A DNA stretch of 51,852 nt. It comes from Snowella sp. (GTDB lineage Bacteria > Cyanobacteriota > Cyanobacteriia > Cyanobacteriales > Microcystaceae). A model generated the notes under the pieces. It ran no database searches, had not been told where the DNA came from, and saw only the letters and a list, made by a program, of their open reading frames with translations. A program made the translations under genes and the position numbers. Position 1 is the first letter of the stretch, and each line of letters opens with the position of its first letter. The stretch is taken from contig JAYKGY010000053.1 of the NCBI GenBank assembly GCA_035285545.1, positions 1 to 51,852 of the forward strand. The letters run 5' to 3'. Below, piece after piece: positions 1 through 9,948 of the stretch.

Positions 1-89
1 TCGCTTTTGCCATTCCTTTAAGTTGGTTAAATGGTTGTTTGAGTTTTTTGCTGATGGTCAAGTATTTGAGTTTCCAAAAATTCACGAGT

Positions 90-641
90 ATGGCTTTTTT
101 ACACAACTGGTTTAGGATTGCTATAGATTTTAATGATCGTGATACTTCTCTCTTTGAAGTTCAATCCAGTGTTTATGATCAAAAAATCCAAGGAAAAATT
201 AATAATATCAAAAAGTACAGCAATAAAGACAGTAAATTTTATGGAAAATTAGTCAACTGGCATAGTGGAGGCTTTTGGCATTATGGGATCGGTTTATCTG
301 ACGAATATATTTTTGATTTAGGAGAAAATTTAGATATTTTCTACAAAAAAGATAGAGAAATCAAATTTGTGCAAAAAATTCGACATTTTCCCCCTGATAA
401 AACAATTCAAAGACTTATTCATGCACTATGCTGTTTTAAAGACTGGCATTATGGATTTTTAGGCTGGAACTGTGAACATTATTCACGTTTAGTTGCGACA
501 AATGTAGCAATTAGTTACCAAGTTAAAAAATCACCTTTAGCATTTCTAAATCATGGAGGCTACCACCCAACAGCAGTTCAAAAATTTACGGACTATCTTA
601 ACCATTTAGGTTTATCTGAATTGACTATGTTTGATCATTAA
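90..641 (+). CDS. LRAT/NlpC-P60 (permuted papain-fold) family protein
   Basis: WHYGIG (catalytic His region) and YGFLGWNCEHY (LRAT NCEHF-type Cys motif). ATG at 90 is preferred over the TTG at 39. Confidence 0.7.
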   Translation: MAFLHNWFRIAIDFNDRDTSLFEVQSSVYDQKIQGKINNIKKYSNKDSKFYGKLVNWHSGGFWHYGIGLSDEYIFDLGENLDIFYKKDREIKFVQKIRHFPPDKTIQRLIHALCCFKDWHYGFLGWNCEHYSRLVATNVAISYQVKKSPLAFLNHGGYHPTAVQKFTDYLNHLGLSELTMFDH

Positions 642-699
642 AAAAATTATTTAAGATATCCTTTCTTGCTATCAATGATTACGTCAAAGGAGTAAATCC

Positions 700-1173
700 A
701 TGAGTGAAATTAAACCGATCAAAAATGAATTTGCGGGTATTGAAGGCAACTACGGCATTATTAATCAAGGAACAGGGTATGCCGTTGTGAACATTTTGAC
801 CAAGGAAATGAAAGCTCACAGCATCTCCTCTTATCTTGATGCGCTCAAAACAGCAGAACACCTAAATAATAAAGACAAGGAAGTAAAGGTAATTGATTTA
901 GAATTTACTACAGTTTCATCAACAAATACTACACACAATCAAGAAACAAATGATAGCCTAGAACGTGCTATTCAAGGATTAAAACCAGATATACAACAAT
1001 TAATCAAAAAATACGCACCTGAGACAGTAAGAGTTAAAAAAGATAGTAATATACTTGGCTATAGCTGGTATAAATGCTATAACCAGAACGGCAGTCGAAT
1101 TGGAACTGTGAGAGGAAAATCTGGCGATCGCTATTGGCAATATGGTGGTTTAGACGACATACAACGTTACTAA
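700..1173 (+). CDS. hypothetical protein (157 aa)
   Basis: ORF with AAAGGAG RBS upstream of the ATG; no recognisable motif. Confidence 0.6.
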   Translation: MSEIKPIKNEFAGIEGNYGIINQGTGYAVVNILTKEMKAHSISSYLDALKTAEHLNNKDKEVKVIDLEFTTVSSTNTTHNQETNDSLERAIQGLKPDIQQLIKKYAPETVRVKKDSNILGYSWYKCYNQNGSRIGTVRGKSGDRYWQYGGLDDIQRY

Positions 1174-1270
1174 AAGCGTAATAGTTTAATGATTTTCCTT
1201 CTTCCTACACACACACTTTTAACGGATAGATCAATAACTATTTTGCAACGTCAATTTATGGCAAAAGTAG

Positions 1271-1930
1271 CTAACAAGGTAAAACAATTCTAAATGGTAA
1301 ATTTTCTTGATCGTGGGGCGTAAAAGTCACTGTCTGATAGCCAATATCATTGTCGTAATTCGTGTAATATTCTTGCCATTTTATCCCTCGTTGATTCTTA
1401 TCGTCATAGCTTTCAATCGGAGAACACCATTCTCTGGCATAGACAAGCATTCCAAAAATTCCAATAGAATTCTCAATTAATTGATCAATAGTTGAATAAC
1501 CTTGTTCAAATAATAACTTTTGTTCCTCTGTGATTGGATAGTCGAGAAAGGGAATTTTGAAATATTTTTTCTGGATAGGGAAATAATCCCCTTTTTTAGA
1601 GCCACTCCATCCATGCGCTGCGTAATCCCACTCTCTCGGAGTCGCTAACCGAAAGGATTGTTGAGTTACGGTGTCACTAGAAATCAGGTTTTCTGTTTTC
1701 TGATTCTCTTCACTGTAGGCTAAGCTCAAATGATGTTGCTTTGATAAAGCGTTGCAAAACATCGCGGCTGGTTCCCAACTGGTACGATACAAATTGCTAT
1801 CATCAGACGTTCCCATTTTGATTTGATTATTTTCCGCGATCGCTACGGGATATTTGGAAATATAAAAATCATAGGGAAGCCAATATTTATCGCAAGATTT
1901 AACGAGAATAAATAAGTTCAAAAGTTTCAT
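1271..1930 (-). CDS. divergent FGE-sulfatase/SUMF1-like domain protein
   Basis: FYISKYPV, SWEPAAMFCNALS, FRLATPREWDYAAHG (cf. RLPTEAEWEYAARG) and NSIGIFGMLVYAREWC (cf. NxFGLYDMxGNVWEWC). Confidence 0.65.
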   Translation of the reverse strand: MKLLNLFILVKSCDKYWLPYDFYISKYPVAIAENNQIKMGTSDDSNLYRTSWEPAAMFCNALSKQHHLSLAYSEENQKTENLISSDTVTQQSFRLATPREWDYAAHGWSGSKKGDYFPIQKKYFKIPFLDYPITEEQKLLFEQGYSTIDQLIENSIGIFGMLVYAREWCSPIESYDDKNQRGIKWQEYYTNYDNDIGYQTVTFTPHDQENLPFRIVLPC

Positions 1931-1938
1931 TGATTAAT

Positions 1939-3279
1939 ATGAGATTTGCTCGTCGCCACTTTTTGTTAAAAACCAGTGCCTTGGGAATCGGAAGCCTTTT
2001 AGCAACCCTTTGGGGACAAATAGCCCGTTCAACAGAAGTGATAGAGAATAATTTATCTGAGATCGATCGCCGCATTCAACAAATCCGCACTGCCCCTTTA
2101 ACTGTCCGTTTACAGGATAGTCAAGGTAATCCCATTGCTAGTCAAAGCCTTAAAATTAAGCATTTGCGTCATTTATTTAATTTTGGTGCAACCTATCAGG
2201 CCTATCTCTATCCTGCTAATGATAATGAAAGCGATCGCCGCCTCCGTGAGAATTTTTTACGACTCTTTAACGCTTCGACCGTAACCTTTTATTGGCGGAG
2301 TTATGAACCCCAAGAAAATCAATTTGCTGACGCACCCTTATTAGAACAAATTGCTTGGCTAAAAGAGCATGGGTTTTATTTGCGGGGTCATCCTCTCTTT
2401 TGGAATCATAATCCCGCCTGTTTACCGGTTTGGTTAGAGGGTCGTAACGTTACTGATCAAGAATTGCGATCGCGGATGGATCGATTGCTAGAGCATTTAT
2501 CGGAAGTTATTTTTCCCCACCTGGATGAAGTCGATGTTTTTAATGAGTTAGTTCATTGGGATAGTTACCAGCACCCTTTAACCGATTTATTAAAAAATCA
2601 AGGCAAAATTCCCATTGTTAAGCAATATTTAACCCGATTTAAAAAACTCAACCCGAACGTTAAAGCCGTAATTAATGATTTTGTCTCCAAGCCGAGCTAT
2701 GCCGAGATGCTAAACGAATTTCAAGCGGCTCAAGTTCCCTGGGATCAAATTGGTCAGCAAGCCCACATGTTTTTTGGTAACTGGCCCAGTCAACATCTGA
2801 CGAATGTTATTCAACGTTTATCGGCTATAGGCAAATCCATTGTCTTTACTGAAGTGAGTTCCTTATCAGGAGCCATTAAAGAAGATATCGATTTTAGTCG
2901 CACCTATACGGATTGGGTTAGCGATCGCGAGCATGAACAACAACAGGCGGATTATCTCGATTATTTTTATCGTCTAGCGTTTAGTTATCCGCAGATTACA
3001 GGAATTTTTCTCTGGTCATTTAGCGATCACGGAGCTTGGCTTGGTGCGCCCACAGGCATTCTCCATCAAGACGGAAGGCCAAAACCTGCTTTTACGCAAT
3101 TAGATAAGCTGATTAATCAAGTCTGGCGAACCAATGGGGAATATATAACCGATTCCAGTGGTTATGTACGGATTAGCAATGCCTATGAAGGAGAATATCA
3201 AATTACCGTTAGCGATCAGGTTATGACGGGTCAGCATTCTTTTAGTAAACCGTTAGAAATTCTAAAGACGTTATCGTAG
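1939..3279 (+). CDS. GH10 endo-1,4-beta-xylanase-like glycoside hydrolase with Tat signal peptide
   Basis: ARRHFL twin-arginine motif plus hydrophobic stretch; RGHPLFW, DVFNE (acid/base), INDF, GQQAH and FTE (nucleophile) GH10 motifs. Confidence 0.8.
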   Translation: MRFARRHFLLKTSALGIGSLLATLWGQIARSTEVIENNLSEIDRRIQQIRTAPLTVRLQDSQGNPIASQSLKIKHLRHLFNFGATYQAYLYPANDNESDRRLRENFLRLFNASTVTFYWRSYEPQENQFADAPLLEQIAWLKEHGFYLRGHPLFWNHNPACLPVWLEGRNVTDQELRSRMDRLLEHLSEVIFPHLDEVDVFNELVHWDSYQHPLTDLLKNQGKIPIVKQYLTRFKKLNPNVKAVINDFVSKPSYAEMLNEFQAAQVPWDQIGQQAHMFFGNWPSQHLTNVIQRLSAIGKSIVFTEVSSLSGAIKEDIDFSRTYTDWVSDREHEQQQADYLDYFYRLAFSYPQITGIFLWSFSDHGAWLGAPTGILHQDGRPKPAFTQLDKLINQVWRTNGEYITDSSGYVRISNAYEGEYQITVSDQVMTGQHSFSKPLEILKTLS

Positions 3280-3569
3280 TGTCAAAGGACATATTTGAGG
3301 TTTCTATTGATACTGCTATTGTCTTTTTCCTCGCAAGGTTAAGGGTTTTGTCCAAAATTAGCTATTTCCTAAATAAAGACCAAAGGGGTTCGATAAAAAA
3401 GCGATCGCGGCTTTTACCAATCCTACGCATGGAACCCAAAATCGAGTTACAGTAGTCTGTAAGGTAAAGGGCTTCTCACACTCCCTACAAAATTTTTGAC
3501 CATTTTTATTTCGGGCCTAGAATTGCAGAAAAGATGATTCTGCGGCCAAAGGTGTGAGCGAAATCGATC

Positions 3570-6500
3570 ATGTTGACCAATCCGAAAAAATCCCAGCAGC
3601 TACCAGAGTCAAATGGGGTAGATCCAGCTATTTTTCCAATTATTAATCCTAGATGGCGAAAAAACTGGATTTTGGGAATTAGCGGACTTAGCTTGCTCAT
3701 GGTGGGCGGGGGATATTTCTATGGCCAACATTATGCTCAAACCCAAATTGCCCCCTTAGTAGAGCAGGGATTAAGTGACTTTATCAATCGACCTGTCAAG
3801 ATAGGCAAGATTGAACATCTGTCTGTTTATCGGATTCGCTTCGGAACAAGTAGCCTGGAGCCAACGGCAACCGATCCCAGTCGAGTATCCCTGCGATCGC
3901 TGGATATTAGTTTTAATCCGTTGCAATGGTTGTTCAGCAAAAAACTGAATTTGTCGATCGCGGTAGTTCAACCCCAAATCTTTTTAGAGCAAGGCTATTC
4001 AGGAGAATGGTTACGCACACCGATTGATAAAATTGATCCCGATTATCCGCTACAGATCGATCGCTTAAAACTCGAACAGGCTAGTATTACCCTCGTCACT
4101 CGCAATGCTCAGGGACAACTGAAACCCGCCGTTCCCATTAATATTAATCAGGCTAATCTAGAGCTTCCCCATCACGGTCAATCCTTGAATTTTCAACTAG
4201 ATGGCAAGCTCGGAAATAACGACCAACTGACGCTTCAGGGTTCCCATCGATTTGCGGATCAAGCTTGGAACTTGTCGGTTCGGGGCAATAATTTATCAGC
4301 GATCGCGGTGAATCATTTGATCCCGTTACCTGTAACGCTACAACAAGGCAATTTAGACAGTAATTTAGCGATTCAAGTCCGCCAGTCCCGTTTAACAAAT
4401 TTACAGGGAACCGTTAATTTACAAGGTGTTACCGCTAATTTGAGCGTATTACCCAAGATTTTGACGAATGTTCAGGGCGTTCTTCGCTTTCAAGGAACCC
4501 AAATTGGTTTTGATCAAATTAAAGCTAATTTAGGTAAAATTGCGACCCAAACCCAAGGAATTGTTGATTTTCAGAAAAATTATGATTTAAATATTACGAC
4601 CCAACCCGTCGCGATCGCCGATGCTCTGCAAACCTTTGATGTCTCCCAACCCAAAATTGCACTTAAAGGAAATCTGGAATCGACCGTTCAAGTAAAAGGA
4701 GATTTAAACAAACCCCAAATTACGGCAACCCTGAAAAATTCTGGGAATCAGCCAATCCAGTTAGATAAATTCAACTTTAAATCTCTTAATACCCAAATTG
4801 CTTTAAAAGAATCTAATTTAATCATTTCTCAACTCAATGCTATCCCAATCCAAGGCGGTCAACTGCAAGGACAAGGCGTTATTAGCGGACAAACCCAACC
4901 GACGGGAAAAATTGCTTTTAAAAATTTTCGCGTTAATTTACAAGGCTCCCAACTCGCCCTGAATACCTTAGCCCCCGATTATCAGCCCCCCATCCCGATT
5001 GCCCCCTTTTCAGGACAAACGACCATTACAGGTCAAATCGGCAAGCCCGAAACCATTCACGCGATCGCAGCTTTAACGATTCCCGTAGCAGGTGGTAATT
5101 TAAGCACACAAAATTTAAGCTATCAAAACGGTAAATGGCAGGGCGATGTAGAAGCAAGAAGTATTCAATTAGCCCAATTACCCATTTCTAAAGCTGATTT
5201 TTTAAAACAGGGATACTTAAACGGAAAATTTAACGTTCAAGGTGAAAAGAGGGCATTAGACCGCTTAAAAATTTCAGGTTTGGCGAATATCGCGATCGCC
5301 CAGGGAACCCTTCAAGCAAAACAAGTTTCGTTAATTAATAATCAATGGCAAGCTTCGGTTGTTGCGAACAATCTTTCGCTCCGTCAAGTTTTACCCAATC
5401 TTTCTCTTCCCAATGATGGCAAGCTACAAGGAACCGCAACCCTAAGCGGCAATCTGCAAGATCCTGACCAAACCCTAACGGCATCAGGCCAAGGAAAAGT
5501 TAAGTTTGCTCAAGGAAGTCTGACGGCACAACGGTTTCAGCTTCAACAGGGGCAATGGACAGGTTTACTCACGGCCCATAATTTACCCGTCACAAACCTA
5601 ACGCGATCGCTGCCGACGAAATTAGCAGGAAATCTAACGGGACAAATTCAACTCACGGGATCAGCCGAAAACACAGTCAATCAGCTACAAGGGAGAGGAA
5701 AAATCACCCTCAGTCTTCCCCAAGGCAAAATTCGAGCAACCCAAGTTAGCTTTACTCCCCAACAATTTCAAGCAACCCTACAGCCGCAATCTCTGCAATT
5801 AAAAGCTTTTAACCCCAAACTCAAGGGAAATTTACGGGGAAAAGTTAATCTTCAAGGAAAATTTGAGCAATGGAAGCCCCAGGATTTACAAGCCGAGGGA
5901 AATATCAATTTAAGTCGCGGTTTTCCTGGCGTGGAACGTCCGTTAAATGCCCGTTTTGCGTTGCAAGATAATCGTTTAACCCTAGATAAAGTAACGGCTC
6001 CTGGACTGCAAGCGAGTGGTTCTGTCCTAATTAATGAGAGCGCGTTTTTTGCTGAAAATAAAAGAATTAATCCTATTCAAACCGTTGATCTCAACGTTGC
6101 GGCTCAAGATTTTTCCCTATCCCAATTGGCGGCTACTCAACCGTTTAAAATCCCCTACCAAGGACAAGTTGATTTTGAGGGACGAATTAAAGGTAAATTA
6201 CAAAATCCAGAGATCCAAGGGGATTTAGCCTTAAAAAAATTAAAACTGGATAAAATTGCTTTTGATCCTGTATTAAGTGGCCAAATCCACAAAACGGCGA
6301 CTCAAGGCTTAAATGTCAACTTAGCAGGAAAAAGGGAAACGCTTAGATTTGCGTTAGATGCCCAATCCAATCCTGTTTCGTTGATGTTAAAGCGGGAGGC
6401 AATGCAGATCAAAGGGGTGCGGGATCAATCCTTATTTTTTGTCACTGCCCAACAGGTTCCTCTAGATTTCTTGAGGGATTTAACCGTTCTTTTGCCCCAA

Positions 6501-8984
6501 TCTTCCCAACCATTAGCCTTTTCTGAGAAGATTTCTGGGGATTTATCAGGAAATTTTACGCTCAATTTGGCTGATCGTAGTATCATCGGAACCCGTGTCG
6601 CCATTGATCAACCCCGTTTTGGAACCCTGAGCAGCGATCGCGTTACGGGCAATCTAGACTACAGCGCAGGAAAACTGAATGTTACGAATAGCCAGTTAAT
6701 GGTTAAAAATAATCCCTATCCCTTTCAAGTTAGCGTCAATTTAAAGGGCATTAAACCCAAAATTCAGGGAGAAATTACGGTTCCTGCCAGCAATATCCAA
6801 ACCATTTTGGAAACGTTGCAAATTTTCCGTTTAGAAGATCTACAACGGGGCTTACATCTGCCTGTTTATAACACCGCCTTGGATCTTTACCCCAAATCCC
6901 CTGAAAGTCCTAAGCCCTTAGCGGAAGTAGGATTACCGAAAGCGTCACTTTATAATCAGTTAGCCTATCTATCAGAAATTAATCGTCGCCTCCAACAACA
7001 ACGTCAGCAACAAGCGGAAGGTTCACCCTTACCTGAGTTGAGTAGTCTACAGGGAACCGTAGCAGGCAAGTTAACGATTCAAGGGGAAATTGGTAATAAT
7101 CTTGAAACAGCGTTTGATTTTACGGGGAAAGACTGGCAATGGGCGGATTATAAGCTGGATAATTTACAGTTACAGGGGAATTGGCAAAATGGAACCCTGA
7201 CCTTAAACCCCTTACAGTTGCAAACGGGAAACAGCCTTTTGGTTTTAAAAGGAATGGTGGGAGAACAGGCCCAAATGGGAGAACTCAGTTTAACCAATAT
7301 TCCCCTAAAGTCCTTGGCTACATTGATTAATTTACCTGCCAATTTAAGTCTTGATGGTGAGTTAAATGCCAATATCTCCTTAGCTGGTAATCGGGCTAAT
7401 CCCCAAGCCCAAGGCTCTCTATCGATTGAAAATGCTGTGGTTAACCAAGCAAGCTTACAAGCAACGGAGGGAAAATTTGCCTATCAACAAGGGCGTTTTG
7501 ATTTTTCCGTAAGCAGTGTTCTTGAGCGTAAAACGGAACCCTTAATTTTAGCGGGATCAATTCCCTACGTTTTGCCTTTTGCTACGGTTCAACCGGAGAG
7601 CGATCGCTTTAATCTCAGCTTGAAAGCTAAAAATGAAGGATTAGGCTTACTGGCTTTAGCGACCAAGGGAGAAGTGAACTGGCTCAAGGGAAAAGGGGAC
7701 ATTCAATTAGACGTATTCGGACGGATTGATCCCCAAACCCAAGTTGTCCGAGGTTTACAGGTAGAAGGTAACGCCACGATTCAGGATGCTACCCTTGCCG
7801 CTTCGGTTTTTCCTGATTCGACTTTAACCCAAGTTAATGGCAAAGTTCATGTCGATCTCAATCAACTTAATATTCAGGCTTTAACAGGTCAGTTAAATGG
7901 CGGCAATGTCGCGATCGCGGGATCATTACCGTTGTTACGACCGAACCCTCAAACCAATCCGTTAACCGTGACCTTTGAACATTCTGCTTTTAAATTAAAA
8001 GACCTCTATCAAGGCGGCATCAAGGGCAATGTGCAAATTACGGGTAGTGTTATGGAGCCTGATATTGGGGGCAGTTTAGATCTGTATAAAGGGGAAATCC
8101 AGTTAGGAGAAGCGTTACCAAAGTTAGAAAATCAGGGAGAAGCCCATCAAATGGCTGAATTTAATGACTTTAAATTTAATCTGGGGGAAAATATTCGGGT
8201 TCAGCGATCGCCGATTTTAGATTTTCTGGCAACGGGTAGCTTAACGCTCAATGGCACGTTAACCCAATTACGACCAGAAGGCAGCATTGCCCTCAAAGGC
8301 GGACAAATTAATCTTTTTGCCAGCCAACTACGGTTAGCAGGCGGCGATAATGTGGCGCAATTTTCTCCCCATCGTGGCCTTGATCCCTATTTAAATCTAC
8401 GGTTAGTGAGTGCAGCGACGGAAACCAATCGCAATAGTTTTAATGCCAATCCCTCCTCCTCGGAAATTAATGAACCCTTTTCCGCCAACCGTGAAAGCTT
8501 ACAAATGATCCGCATTCAAGCCTTAGTCCAGGGCTACGCCAGTCAGTTGAGTAACAGTATTCAGTTGACCAGTACGCCCCGTCGCAGTCAGCGAGAATTG
8601 ATTGCCCTGCTGGGTGGTGGATTTATTAATACCCTGGGACAGGAAGAAACCACCCTCGGACTAGTGAATTTAGCGGGTTCAGCCGTTTTAGGCGGCGTTC
8701 AAGGCCAAATTGGCGAAGCCTTGGGATTAAGCCGATTCCGTATTTTTCCGACGGCATTAACGAATGATCAAGACCGCACCAGTGCAAATCAATTGGGCGT
8801 TGCTGCGGAAGCTGGAGTTGATTTAACCCATGATTTATCGGTTTCCATCCAAAAAATTATCAATACTGAGCGATCGCCGCAATGGGGATTACGTTATCGA
8901 GTCAATGAAAATACGGTCATTCGAGGCTCTACCAATTTTTCCGATGATAGTCGAGGCGTTATTGAGTACGAACAGCGTTTTTAA
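3570..8984 (+). CDS. tamB: TamB/AsmA-like translocation-assembly module protein (DUF748/DUF490)
   Basis: 1804 aa; N-terminal TM anchor; repetitive beta-strand Gly/Leu pattern; C-terminal LDPYLNL...GLRYRVNEN...EYEQRF typical of cyanobacterial DUF490 proteins. Confidence 0.8.
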   Translation: MLTNPKKSQQLPESNGVDPAIFPIINPRWRKNWILGISGLSLLMVGGGYFYGQHYAQTQIAPLVEQGLSDFINRPVKIGKIEHLSVYRIRFGTSSLEPTATDPSRVSLRSLDISFNPLQWLFSKKLNLSIAVVQPQIFLEQGYSGEWLRTPIDKIDPDYPLQIDRLKLEQASITLVTRNAQGQLKPAVPININQANLELPHHGQSLNFQLDGKLGNNDQLTLQGSHRFADQAWNLSVRGNNLSAIAVNHLIPLPVTLQQGNLDSNLAIQVRQSRLTNLQGTVNLQGVTANLSVLPKILTNVQGVLRFQGTQIGFDQIKANLGKIATQTQGIVDFQKNYDLNITTQPVAIADALQTFDVSQPKIALKGNLESTVQVKGDLNKPQITATLKNSGNQPIQLDKFNFKSLNTQIALKESNLIISQLNAIPIQGGQLQGQGVISGQTQPTGKIAFKNFRVNLQGSQLALNTLAPDYQPPIPIAPFSGQTTITGQIGKPETIHAIAALTIPVAGGNLSTQNLSYQNGKWQGDVEARSIQLAQLPISKADFLKQGYLNGKFNVQGEKRALDRLKISGLANIAIAQGTLQAKQVSLINNQWQASVVANNLSLRQVLPNLSLPNDGKLQGTATLSGNLQDPDQTLTASGQGKVKFAQGSLTAQRFQLQQGQWTGLLTAHNLPVTNLTRSLPTKLAGNLTGQIQLTGSAENTVNQLQGRGKITLSLPQGKIRATQVSFTPQQFQATLQPQSLQLKAFNPKLKGNLRGKVNLQGKFEQWKPQDLQAEGNINLSRGFPGVERPLNARFALQDNRLTLDKVTAPGLQASGSVLINESAFFAENKRINPIQTVDLNVAAQDFSLSQLAATQPFKIPYQGQVDFEGRIKGKLQNPEIQGDLALKKLKLDKIAFDPVLSGQIHKTATQGLNVNLAGKRETLRFALDAQSNPVSLMLKREAMQIKGVRDQSLFFVTAQQVPLDFLRDLTVLLPQSSQPLAFSEKISGDLSGNFTLNLADRSIIGTRVAIDQPRFGTLSSDRVTGNLDYSAGKLNVTNSQLMVKNNPYPFQVSVNLKGIKPKIQGEITVPASNIQTILETLQIFRLEDLQRGLHLPVYNTALDLYPKSPESPKPLAEVGLPKASLYNQLAYLSEINRRLQQQRQQQAEGSPLPELSSLQGTVAGKLTIQGEIGNNLETAFDFTGKDWQWADYKLDNLQLQGNWQNGTLTLNPLQLQTGNSLLVLKGMVGEQAQMGELSLTNIPLKSLATLINLPANLSLDGELNANISLAGNRANPQAQGSLSIENAVVNQASLQATEGKFAYQQGRFDFSVSSVLERKTEPLILAGSIPYVLPFATVQPESDRFNLSLKAKNEGLGLLALATKGEVNWLKGKGDIQLDVFGRIDPQTQVVRGLQVEGNATIQDATLAASVFPDSTLTQVNGKVHVDLNQLNIQALTGQLNGGNVAIAGSLPLLRPNPQTNPLTVTFEHSAFKLKDLYQGGIKGNVQITGSVMEPDIGGSLDLYKGEIQLGEALPKLENQGEAHQMAEFNDFKFNLGENIRVQRSPILDFLATGSLTLNGTLTQLRPEGSIALKGGQINLFASQLRLAGGDNVAQFSPHRGLDPYLNLRLVSAATETNRNSFNANPSSSEINEPFSANRESLQMIRIQALVQGYASQLSNSIQLTSTPRRSQRELIALLGGGFINTLGQEETTLGLVNLAGSAVLGGVQGQIGEALGLSRFRIFPTALTNDQDRTSANQLGVAAEAGVDLTHDLSVSIQKIINTERSPQWGLRYRVNENTVIRGSTNFSDDSRGVIEYEQRF

Positions 8985-9042
8985 GCCAACGTTTAATTGA
9001 ATTGGCTATGATCAAACTAATCCCTTTACTCTTGGCACGATT

Positions 9043-9360
9043 ATGAGCGTTAAAAAGCAATTTTCCAGTTTTCAAGACCTTTTGGAAAACTCTGAACGGC
9101 CTGTTTTGGTCGATTTTTATGCAACCTGGTGTGGGCCTTGTCAAATGATGGCTCCGATCCTAGAACAGGTGGGAACTCATCTACGCGATCGCCTACAAGT
9201 CGTCAAAATTGACACTGATAAATACCCCCAACTCGCCTCCCAGTATCAAATTCACGCCCTACCGACGTTGGTACTGTTTAAGAATGGGCAACCTGTTAAT
9301 CGCATTGAAGGCGTAGTCCAAGCCCCGCAATTGATCCAGCATCTCCAGACCTTGGTTTAA
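9043..9360 (+). CDS. trxA: thioredoxin (y-type-like)
   Basis: VDFYATWCGPC active site; KKQFSSFQDLL N-terminus typical of y-type thioredoxin. Confidence 0.93.
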   Translation: MSVKKQFSSFQDLLENSERPVLVDFYATWCGPCQMMAPILEQVGTHLRDRLQVVKIDTDKYPQLASQYQIHALPTLVLFKNGQPVNRIEGVVQAPQLIQHLQTLV

Positions 9361-9498
9361 GTTTTTAACTAATTAACGCGATCGCTGACTCGGCTCTCAG
9401 ATAGCTCAGCAGTGTGATAGACAAAACCAATACAGGGATGCTTTTGTGTCATAATTTGTTACAGACATTTTAAGATTTGCTTTATCTTAGGTTAGGTA

Positions 9499-9846
9499 AT
9501 GAGCGATCGCCCCCAAGAAAAAACTCTCGCAGAAACCGCCGCACCCAGCTACGAATGTCGCTCCTGTGGGTATGTATATGTACCCAGTAAAGGCGACAGT
9601 AAAGCAGGGATCGCGCCTGGAACCCCTTTTGAAGAACTCCCCGATAATTGGCGATGTCCTGTGTGTAGCGTACCGCGCAAACAATTCATCAATATTGGTG
9701 CAACTGATGCCCCATCGGGATTTGAAGAAAACCTCAATTACGGGTTTGGCTTTAACCGCATGACCCCTGATCAAAAAAACCTATTGATCTTTGGAGCGTT
9801 ATTCTTAGGGTTTATCTTTTTTATAAGTCTTTATGGCTTAAATTAA
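9499..9846 (+). CDS. rubA: membrane-anchored rubredoxin
   Basis: CRSCG and WRCPVC Cys pairs; C-terminal TM; conserved position before ycf48. Confidence 0.95.
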   Translation: MSDRPQEKTLAETAAPSYECRSCGYVYVPSKGDSKAGIAPGTPFEELPDNWRCPVCSVPRKQFINIGATDAPSGFEENLNYGFGFNRMTPDQKNLLIFGALFLGFIFFISLYGLN

Positions 9847-9948
9847 TTTTGGAGATGTTTTTTTCATCTCTTAAATACTTTCTATATCTTAAATTGTCCC
9901 TTACCCAGATTATATTTCTGGAATTATTTTAGTCGAGTGCCTTAGCAG

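Noticed and set aside
1271..1930. FGE/CLec-fold gene as a diversity-generating retroelement target
   Set aside because: No reverse transcriptase or template repeat is visible in the window, and the C-terminus lacks a clear variable-region motif.
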